DNA of 52,598 nucleotides. Source: a virus (lineage: Duplodnaviria > Caudoviricetes). Position numbers and translations under genes: made by a program. The notes under the pieces are model-generated. The model did not search any database and had not been told where the DNA came from. It worked only from the letters and a program-made list of their open reading frames with translations. Shown piece by piece: positions 45,884-52,598 of the stretch. The DNA lies in IMG/VR virus record IMGVR_UViG_3300036715_002741, positions 1 to 52,598 of that record; one strand, 5' to 3'. The first letter of the stretch is position 1, and every line of letters starts with the position of its first letter.

Positions 45884-45934
45884 AAATGTACAGATGATTG
45901 CGCAAATTTTGTACAACTACTCGTTCGTGAAAAA

Positions 45935-46321
45935 TTATTTCAAAACCGAGAAAAGCACCTTTTTTAATTCATCAATTGTTATTAATTCGGCTTTTTCGTT
46001 AGTCAAACGTAAAACATTAAACTTGCGAAGATTTTTCAAGTACCAATCTTTTTTGTTATCTTTAATTTTTTGCTCAAAAGAATCGTGCACATCTCCGTCT
46101 ATTTCTATACATAATTTATATGGTTTTGGCAAATAAAAATCTATAATATAGAAGCTATAATCATTAAAAAACCCCTTTTGTTCAAAAAATTTTATTCCAA
46201 GTTCAAGAAGTTTATTTTTAAAAATAGACTCTGATTTAGTTGGATTGTTTTTTAATTTTGTTCTAAATTTTGACAATAATATTTGTTGATTCCCTGGAAC
46301 CTTTCTTTTCAATCTTGCCAT
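45935..46321 (-). CDS. DUF559/Vsr-like endonuclease
   Basis: T.SE..F...L...F.EQ...YI.DFY....L.IEIDG..H...D..KD...VLR..NE. Confidence 0.85.
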   Translation of the reverse strand: MARLKRKVPGNQQILLSKFRTKLKNNPTKSESIFKNKLLELGIKFFEQKGFFNDYSFYIIDFYLPKPYKLCIEIDGDVHDSFEQKIKDNKKDWYLKNLRKFNVLRLTNEKAELITIDELKKVLFSVLK

Positions 46322-46330
46322 ATTTTTTAT

Positions 46331-46819
46331 TTATTCACTTTCCCCCAGTTCATGATCCATCGCTAACAGCGCTCCCGCATCATCGCCGATTATAATAAGC
46401 TTTTGCAACATATCGTTAGCTTCAAACTCCGACCTTACTTGCTCGTCTACAAACCATTGCAAAAAGGTTTGAGTAGCAAAGTCGTTGTCACTAACAGCTT
46501 GATACATGATCGCGGATATTTTATCTGTTACGCTACGCTCTAGTTCAAGTACATAGCTAGCAACACTAATACAACTATCCCACTCTTTAACCGGAGCATT
46601 GATTGGCAATATTTGAACCTTACAAAAATGTTGTAAAACATAATCAATAAGCTTTTGCGAATGACTAGCTTCATCAGACGCTTGGTCCATAAAATATTTA
46701 CAAAATCCTTGTAAGCCCTTGCTTGAAAACCAGCAGGCTATTTGTTGGTATGAATTAGAGGCAAATTTCTCTACAGTTATTTGCTCGTTTATGTCGTTTA
46801 AAATTGATAGATTTAACAT
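46331..46819 (-). CDS. ftnA: Non-heme ferritin (FtnA-like)
   Basis: INEQI..E..A...Y, DEASH..K..DY, LELE..VT..I, D.AT..FLQWFV.EQ. Confidence 0.88.
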   Translation of the reverse strand: MLNLSILNDINEQITVEKFASNSYQQIACWFSSKGLQGFCKYFMDQASDEASHSQKLIDYVLQHFCKVQILPINAPVKEWDSCISVASYVLELERSVTDKISAIMYQAVSDNDFATQTFLQWFVDEQVRSEFEANDMLQKLIIIGDDAGALLAMDHELGESE

Positions 46820-46886
46820 TGATTCTCTCCGGATATTTTAAACCGACATATTAACATAAAAAGAAATTTGCCCCTATTTTTGATAT

Positions 46887-47459
46887 TTAATGCATAGTGA
46901 TTGATTTACAAGCGATGTTTAGTTCGCCTAAAACTGTGTCATCTACACACTCTGAGTCGTGATATGAGCATCCGCTTGACATCACCATGACCGGAGGGGG
47001 CTGTCTGCATTCAGATGTGTTGTAAGGTAGCAGCTTGATGACCATGTCCGATGATGACCTTGTGAGCCCATCTACTTGTGATGATGCAGAGGTGCAAGTA
47101 GGATCTTTTGCAACATCGCAAACTTTGGCGCCATCGTACCCGCGCCCGCAGCTCTCACGACTGACAAAAAAAGATGCCCCGCGTTGCCCTCGATATGATG
47201 TATGTATACGACACTCGCTAGCTATGGTCATCATGTCTTGCTCTGCTATCATCAGCCGGACATTAAGCATTGCGCCACTTGATGATTTGGACATCACAGG
47301 CAACTGGCATTCGATTGGCAACTGCTGCAAGCCGATGCCTGGGCATCTATCAGCTTTAGCTAATGACGCTAAGCTACTAAATGCTAGCAGCTTCACTAGG
47401 TTTTTTAGTGATAGCGAATTATATACTTGTTTTAAAGTGTTTTTTATCATGTTTAGCAT
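46887..47459 (-). CDS. Cys-rich putative secreted protein
   Basis: Hydrophobic LLAFSSLASLAKA then 10 Cys; GAGGA RBS; visibly higher GC. Confidence 0.6.
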   Translation of the reverse strand: MLNMIKNTLKQVYNSLSLKNLVKLLAFSSLASLAKADRCPGIGLQQLPIECQLPVMSKSSSGAMLNVRLMIAEQDMMTIASECRIHTSYRGQRGASFFVSRESCGRGYDGAKVCDVAKDPTCTSASSQVDGLTRSSSDMVIKLLPYNTSECRQPPPVMVMSSGCSYHDSECVDDTVLGELNIACKSITMH

Positions 47460-47639
47460 GTTTTTATCCTCTTGATTTAGTTAGTTAATTAATCACGGTT
47501 TTTTTAGAATCCGTGAGAAAACTATAACACACCCAGGTTAAAGCAATATGAACGTGGATAAAAAATATTTGTTAAAAGTATAAATATCTAGCAAGGGAAT
47601 ATTAATAAAGAGTGCAAAAAGATTAAATAGTAAAAATAG

Positions 47640-47668
47640 TTGACAAAGTGCAAAAGATGTTATATCAT
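47640..47668 (+). promoter_or_regulatory. Sigma70 early promoter
   Basis: TTGACA-17nt-TATCAT; AGTGCAAAA(A)GAT repeated at 47611 and 47647. Confidence 0.7.
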
Positions 47669-47828
47669 TTGCTCATAGTGTGATTGTATTGATGTAGGGC
47701 AGCAAAGGTTGATAAATTGTAAGCGCAGTATCTTACAGACTCAGAGACCACTTCGAGAATAAACGCCAAGATACAAAACCACTATAAAACAAGAGGTTTT
47801 TAACAATATTATCACTGAGGGTAAGATT

Positions 47829-48014
47829 ATGACAAATAACGCACAAGCAACAAAAACTTTTTCAGGAATTTTCGAAGCTCAGGCTAGCGACGCGACGCAA
47901 CTTTTTTCAGCGGCTGAACTACACCTAGAAAAAGATAAAAGATACTCGGCGGAAGAAGTGCTTGCAGCAATGAACGCCGCTGGATATAACACTACAGACG
48001 TAGAGATCGTATAA
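47829..48014 (+). CDS. Hypothetical protein
   Basis: GAGGG RBS. Confidence 0.65.
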   Translation: MTNNAQATKTFSGIFEAQASDATQLFSAAELHLEKDKRYSAEEVLAAMNAAGYNTTDVEIV

Positions 48015-48059
48015 TATAAGCAAAAGAGGTTTTTTATTAATATCAATGAGGGTAAAACA

Positions 48060-48305
48060 ATGAACAAATATAAATATGCTTTGAAAGAAATGCCAAAATT
48101 AGCAGAGGCTTATAACTCCTTGCCGGAAAAAATGAGTTATGAGAGTTATTGCAAAATAAAAGATAAACTAGCCTTGATGCCTGATTATTTATTACTGGCT
48201 ATATGCAATAGCAAAAGCATACAGTATGTGAGCCATTCAGCTTGGTTTGAGCTAAGGAGCCGTCAAAAATCATCAAGAAACGCATTTTTTGCTAAAGGAG
48301 GATAA
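48060..48305 (+). CDS. Hypothetical protein
   Basis: GAGGG RBS. Confidence 0.65.
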   Translation: MNKYKYALKEMPKLAEAYNSLPEKMSYESYCKIKDKLALMPDYLLLAICNSKSIQYVSHSAWFELRSRQKSSRNAFFAKGG

Positions 48306-48310
48306 ATAAA

Positions 48311-48535
48311 ATGGAAATACAAAAAAAGAATTACAGCGGTATGTTAGAGCGTGCTCAAAATGTTAAAAAGGGTTTTTTTGCTAAACTCTTTTACAATAAG
48401 GTTAGGGCGTCTTACCTAACACAGCTAATCGATGCGGGAGAGACCAGAGATACAAGCCTTATGTGGATTTCTGAGCGAGACTACCAAAAATTGATGGTTA
48501 TGGCTAGTTATGGATTGGTGGGCAGTCATGGATAA
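48311..48535 (+). CDS. Hypothetical protein
   Basis: AGGAGG RBS. Confidence 0.65.
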   Translation: MEIQKKNYSGMLERAQNVKKGFFAKLFYNKVRASYLTQLIDAGETRDTSLMWISERDYQKLMVMASYGLVGSHG

Positions 48536-48716
48536 TAATAAAATAATATTTAAATTGGACGTCGCACAATTGCAAAATGCGTGTTTAAACATGAAAGGTA
48601 GATTTTTGACTACAAAAGAGCTTAAGGAGGCTAAACGCATTGCGAAAATTTTGCTAAAAGATAAGGAGGACGAAATAATATTGTTTGCGGTACTGGAGGC
48701 GTGCAGTGATAGATAA
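48528..48716 (+). CDS. Hypothetical protein
   Basis: Likely start MDNNK within ORF 48510-48716. Confidence 0.55.
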   Translation: MDNNKIIFKLDVAQLQNACLNMKGRFLTTKELKEAKRIAKILLKDKEDEIILFAVLEACSDR

Positions 48717-48883
48717 GTATCTACAACCATGCGAAAAAGAACAAATAGAGCAATCAGATGAAGATAGTTATGCTTTTTTTGTATAGATAGAGAGTGAAAA
48801 CCCTACGCTCACAAGCAAGAAAAAGTTATTAGATATGCTTGATTTTTTTGATATCAAAGATGTTAAAAACTGGAGGACAAACA

Positions 48884-49129
48884 ATGACAGAACTTGACTA
48901 TACAACCACAAAATACGCAAACGTGGAATATCTAAACGAGACGCAGGCAGCCCAATATTTAGGCATGGTACGCACTACACTTAGATATCGTCGCAAACCA
49001 AGATACATACCAGCTAACCAGCGAGCTTTCCCACTCTGCAGGACTTATAAAATCCCTGGCAGCTGTAAAATTTGGTATAAATTGGCTGATCTTAAGTTGT
49101 TAAAAGCAAAAAAAGTCCAAGAGGCGTAA
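48884..49129 (+). CDS. Xis/AlpA-like winged-HTH protein (paralog 1)
   Basis: YLNETQAAQYLGM...TL....IWYKLADL; GGAGG RBS. Confidence 0.7.
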   Translation: MTELDYTTTKYANVEYLNETQAAQYLGMVRTTLRYRRKPRYIPANQRAFPLCRTYKIPGSCKIWYKLADLKLLKAKKVQEA

Positions 49130-49131
49130 AT

Positions 49132-49329
49132 ATGAAAACACTGGCGCAATTATGTATATGTGCTATATGCAAAAATTTGGGGTTTTTTAAAAATGGCGAA
49201 TTGGAGTCATCAAAAGAAACCCCTATTTTGCCGTCAGAACTTATTGAAAAGATAAATAATGCACTAAATCCACCAAAAATAGTTTATTCTTTGGATGATA
49301 CGAGCTCCCCAGAATGGTTTAATTGTTGA
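49132..49329 (+). CDS. Small protein with a SOCS/VHL-box-like motif
   Basis: TLAQLCICAICKNL...LPSELIEKI; GAGG RBS. Confidence 0.5.
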   Translation: MKTLAQLCICAICKNLGFFKNGELESSKETPILPSELIEKINNALNPPKIVYSLDDTSSPEWFNC

Positions 49330-49336
49330 GGATTTT

Positions 49337-49552
49337 ATGCCCGACGAGATAAAATTTAAAGAGCATCAAGGGATTAAGTACGTAAACGAGACCCAAGCCG
49401 GGGATTACCTAGGTATATCAAGGGGAATGCTCCCGTATATGCGCAAGATACAGGGAAAAAAGATAGGAAGGGTATACTCGTTGCCTTTTAGCCGCAACAT
49501 ATGGTATAAATTAGATGACGTAGAAAAAGTTAAAATCTCTGGTAAATTATGA
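49337..49552 (+). CDS. Xis/AlpA-like winged-HTH protein (paralog 2)
   Basis: YVNETQAGDYLGIS...IWYKLDDV; GAGGA RBS. Confidence 0.7.
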   Translation: MPDEIKFKEHQGIKYVNETQAGDYLGISRGMLPYMRKIQGKKIGRVYSLPFSRNIWYKLDDVEKVKISGKL

Positions 49553-49632
49553 ACAAAGACACTTGGATATTACAGCTAATTATTATTATAACCATTGGCT
49601 GCATAGCATTAATATTGTTTAACGCAATGTGA
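49549..49632 (+). CDS. 27-aa single-TM peptide
   Basis: MNKDTWILQLIIIITIGCIALILFNAM; overlaps both neighbours. Confidence 0.4.
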   Translation: MNKDTWILQLIIIITIGCIALILFNAM

Positions 49633-49874
49633 GAAAAAAATGTGATTTTATGCATATATGCAAATATAGCGACGCTCAAGATGGAGACGACACCAAAAAG
49701 CAAAGAGAGTTAGAAGCAAATTATTTTGCAGCTTGCCTGTTGGTTCCAGAACATAAATTGCGTCAATTATACAATGCAACAAAAGATATTTCATTGATAG
49801 CCAATTATTTCGGCGTTTCTCGCCCTGTAATTTTACTTAGAATCAACTATTTAAAAATTAAAGCTAATGGATGA
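49629..49874 (+). CDS. ImmA/IrrE-like C-terminal fragment lacking HExxH
   Basis: E.EANYFAA.LL.P....IA..FGVS....R pattern. Confidence 0.65.
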   Translation: MRKKCDFMHICKYSDAQDGDDTKKQRELEANYFAACLLVPEHKLRQLYNATKDISLIANYFGVSRPVILLRINYLKIKANG

Positions 49875-50287
49875 TCGAAATGAAAAAATTCAATGGTTTG
49901 ATGACTAGCCTAAGTCCGCATTGGGGAACTCCAAAAGCATTATATGATCAATTAAACCAAGAGTTTAATTTTAACTTTGATCCTTGCCCGCTTAATTGCT
50001 TGGATTTTGACGGTTTAAGTTGCGAATGGGGTAGCTCTACGTTTTGCAATCCACCTTATGGCAGAGAAATAACAAAATGGATAGAGAAAGCGTATAACGA
50101 AAGCCTGATTTTAGGAAAAACAGTTGTATTGTTAATACCAGCCAGAACAGATACTAAATGGTGGCATAATTACATCATGAAAGCGTATGAAATAAGATTT
50201 ATTAAGGGACGTCTTAAATTTGGGGATGCTAAAAATAACGCTCCTTTTCCCTCGGTAGTTGTAATATTTAAACCCTGCTATTTTTAA
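49871..50287 (+). CDS. Phage DNA N6-adenine methyltransferase (T1/lambdoid Dam family)
   Basis: W.TP, FDPC, NPPYG, LIPARTDT.WW, FIKGRLKF, APFPS. Confidence 0.9.
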   Translation: MIEMKKFNGLMTSLSPHWGTPKALYDQLNQEFNFNFDPCPLNCLDFDGLSCEWGSSTFCNPPYGREITKWIEKAYNESLILGKTVVLLIPARTDTKWWHNYIMKAYEIRFIKGRLKFGDAKNNAPFPSVVVIFKPCYF

Positions 50288-50372
50288 ATAATCATAACGC
50301 CGCTATAGCGTCACGCTAGCCATCGACCCCAAAGCGATTTGCGAAGGCTTAAAACTTCTGGCGGCTCCATTT

Positions 50373-51149
50373 CTAATCAGCACCATTATTATAATATAAA
50401 ATGGTTGGATTGTTTTTATGGACATCAACCATAGAATACTTTTCTTTGAATTTCTGCAAATTGAATGGATGAGTTATTAAATGCACACCAAATGGGGTTG
50501 GAATTTTACAGATAACAACCGGAAAATTAGAGTCTCGATTGTTTAGTTCTATAAGATTAATGTAATTTTCTACCTCTGAGACATTTAATTTATCTTTATC
50601 GTCAATATCAACTACCCACCTTTTAGGATTGCCCATTAATTCGCCGCAGGAAGAGTTATATGTTTTTTTGCAGCTCTTGTATTCTTTATTCGACAAGTTT
50701 TTAGCAATTTTCTCTAGCGACAAAAATGCCGCTTTGTTATAGCTTTTTCGAGACACATTTATATAAGCTCTGGCATTAAATAAATTGCAGACGTCTGCAA
50801 TCTCTTTTTTGTTTTTGAGTAACCAATCTTGAGTGTCTACCCAGTAGGACTTAATAATAATATTATCTGCGCCTATATCGTTATTATCTTTTTTACGCAA
50901 AATTATCTGCATAAAATAAAAATCGTCTTGAGATTCAAATTTTAGCATCTTGTTTATTAGATCAAAATTATCAATCATTTTCTCTACATCTTTTTTATAG
51001 TTGTAGTTAGTTAAAGAATCGTCTCGCTTGTTTTCATTACTGTTTTTACAAAAATTATCGAATCCAATTAAATTGAACATAAGCAAAAAAGCAATCAATA
51101 TAAAAAAAATACCCATAACTGCATCAAATGAAATGCAATACATAATCAA
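50373..51149 (-). CDS. Conserved phage protein with AEP/prim-pol-like motifs
   Basis: FY...I.RKKD, NARAY, WVVDID, TPFGVHL; core probably starts at 50978. Confidence 0.5.
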   Translation of the reverse strand: MIMYCISFDAVMGIFFILIAFLLMFNLIGFDNFCKNSNENKRDDSLTNYNYKKDVEKMIDNFDLINKMLKFESQDDFYFMQIILRKKDNNDIGADNIIIKSYWVDTQDWLLKNKKEIADVCNLFNARAYINVSRKSYNKAAFLSLEKIAKNLSNKEYKSCKKTYNSSCGELMGNPKRWVVDIDDKDKLNVSEVENYINLIELNNRDSNFPVVICKIPTPFGVHLITHPFNLQKFKEKYSMVDVHKNNPTILYYNNGAD

Positions 51150-51296
51150 CCCCAGTATTTAACCTGTAAAATATTAATTTCAAGCCTCTACAACTCCAAC
51201 CTGCCACAACCATATTGCTTTGCGCGCTTACCATCCTAAAACGCAAAATTCTAGGCCTTCTTTGTTTGCCATGCAGCCTCCGCTAGTTAAAATTAA

Positions 51297-51854
51297 TCAA
51301 CCCTGATCATCTTCCCAGTTGTCCACAAGTTCTAAAACATCGTCTACTACGCAATTATAGTTGCTGATATACGTTTCTTCGATTTCTTTGGTGCTCATGT
51401 GCGACAAATCCCAGCTGGTAAAACAATCTCCGGCAACGCCGATTAATCCTTCACGATCCTTTCCAGCCCATCTCCTGTAAGCCTGCCTAGCTGGTATAAT
51501 CCCAAACGCTGCTTTTCTAAATTGCGCAAGGGTAGGAGCGAACTCACAGGTTGTTGATAATTTGTTGACAGCTTTGCGTATTTGCTCGTCCGTCAAGTCT
51601 ATTAGCCCTTTAGACCACATTTTAGTCGCCATAGCACGCTGTTCTGGTTCTACCAGGTGGGCGCACCACCTATCGCCCCAAACGCTCCTAATTACCGCAA
51701 AAACCTTGCTAACGGGTATACTCCTATCTTCATCAAATACCGTTACGTCATACGATGGTTTTTTATCCTGTTTACATATCTCGGAAAGCTTCTGTGATTG
51801 CTGCTGATAATCCAGCGGCTGTAGTTGGTTGTTTACGCTCATTGTTAACCTCAT
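51297..51854 (-). CDS. Replication protein P-like helicase loader
   Basis: W...L..LT.EQI..A........P.L..FR motif; overlaps the initiator. Confidence 0.65.
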   Translation of the reverse strand: MRLTMSVNNQLQPLDYQQQSQKLSEICKQDKKPSYDVTVFDEDRSIPVSKVFAVIRSVWGDRWCAHLVEPEQRAMATKMWSKGLIDLTDEQIRKAVNKLSTTCEFAPTLAQFRKAAFGIIPARQAYRRWAGKDREGLIGVAGDCFTSWDLSHMSTKEIEETYISNYNCVVDDVLELVDNWEDDQG

Positions 51855-52560
51855 TGTTAAGTTGTGATAAATTTAAAGCTTGGAAATTTTCAAAATATCT
51901 AGCCTCCCCATAAAAATTAGAAGCTTTATACACGGCAGTTATACGCTTATTCCTAACTACCGTTCTGTAGTTGCTGGCTGCGCTTACAAGCTCGTCCTCG
52001 CTCAACCCCTCTTTGAGCAAGTTACACCAGTTTTTATATGTGCGTGGTTTAGATCCTCTGTCTATTGTGTGAGGGTAGACGTTGTCCCAAATCTCTGTGA
52101 ATTTATCTGAATATTGAATTTCTGAAACACGCTCTTTATTTGTATAAGGTTTTTCTTTGTTTGTATTATTCTTTCTTTGTAGTACTTGGTTATCCACAGT
52201 TGAGGTTTCCTCAAGTTGAGGTTTCCCACCGTTGGGGTAATCAAGTGTTTTTGATACTTTGCCGCTTGATAGCATTGGTTCGTCAGATACAATCCAGGCT
52301 CTTTCAACTATCTTGCCATTTTCCCTTTCTTCCTCTAACTTAAGATATCCGGCGGCCTTTAATTCTTTGAATATTCGGTTAAGCATTACCTCTCCGCAGT
52401 GCTCATTCCTGAGCGTGGTTTTATGCACCACCCAATCATCAGGGCGAGATAGCAAATGTACCAATACCCCCAATGCTTCGTATGATAGACCAGTGTTTTG
52501 AGCGAGAATGTTAGGTATTTGGACAAATCCAGTTTGTTTGTGATGTTTAAGTATTGGCAT
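51772..52560 (-). CDS. Replication initiator (lambda O-like, N-terminal winged HTH)
   Basis: F.QIPN....LS.EA.G...LLS.P.DW...EL...GYL; C-terminal F...W..YP...K domain. Confidence 0.8.
   Translation of the reverse strand: MPILKHHKQTGFVQIPNILAQNTGLSYEALGVLVHLLSRPDDWVVHKTTLRNEHCGEVMLNRIFKELKAAGYLKLEEERENGKIVERAWIVSDEPMLSSGKVSKTLDYPNGGKPQLEETSTVDNQVLQRKNNTNKEKPYTNKERVSEIQYSDKFTEIWDNVYPHTIDRGSKPRTYKNWCNLLKEGLSEDELVSAASNYRTVVRNKRITAVYKASNFYGEARYFENFQALNLSQLNNEVNNERKQPTTAAGLSAAITEAFRDM
52150..52226. other. Candidate replication origin inside the initiator gene
   Basis: DnaA box TTATCCACA at 52190-52198; AGTTGAGGTTTCC at 52198 and 52214; T-rich tract 52150-52180. Confidence 0.55.
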
Positions 52561-52598
52561 TATTTTATGCCTCTATATCTATTCATGGACTCCACCCT
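52526..52598. repeat. Terminal direct repeat, right copy
   Basis: Matches 1-73 with 2 mismatches. Confidence 0.9.

Noticed and set aside
42971-47497. TTAATTAATCACG at 42971 and 47485
   Set aside because: AT-rich 13-mer in opposite orientation relative to the adjacent genes; plausible by chance.
50298-50370. GC-rich stretch with short inverted repeats between convergent genes as an ncRNA
   Set aside because: Stems are only 5-6 bp with no promoter; at most a weak bidirectional terminator.
1-52598. Alternative genetic code or suppressor tRNA
   Set aside because: All core genes are full length in code 11, and TAA, TAG and TGA are all used as stops.

Overview
The window looks like a complete or near-complete (~52.5 kb), AT-rich tailed-phage genome: positions 1-73 recur at 52526-52598 with 2 mismatches. 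It combines an HK97-type head (portal, MuF-like protein, prohead protease, major capsid) with a Mu-like contractile tail and several fiber/receptor-binding proteins. Other modules are a holin/endolysin/spanin cassette (Gram-negative host), a lambda O/P-like replication pair with an internal origin candidate, a recombination module, CsrA, ferritin, a HAD acid phosphatase and an adenine methyltransferase. I recognised no integrase or CI repressor. The most striking feature is a 329-aa intein in the terminase large subunit (40004-40990). It has no in-frame homing endonuclease; instead a complete HNH endonuclease gene with its own RBS (40059-40724) is overprinted in another frame of the same strand, with both frames open. 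Other leads: (1) a ParB-like + ABC-ATPase/GNAT locus converging on an ASCH gene, a possible base-acetylation writer/eraser pair; (2) a c4/CI-like structured RNA upstream of the replication genes; (3) a stand-alone mini baseplate-wedge protein in an antisense cassette inside the head operon; (4) an atypical tRNA-like element; (5) a SOCS/VHL-box-like peptide and other cargo hinting at a host that lives in eukaryotic cells. All family calls come from reading motifs by eye; no searches were run.
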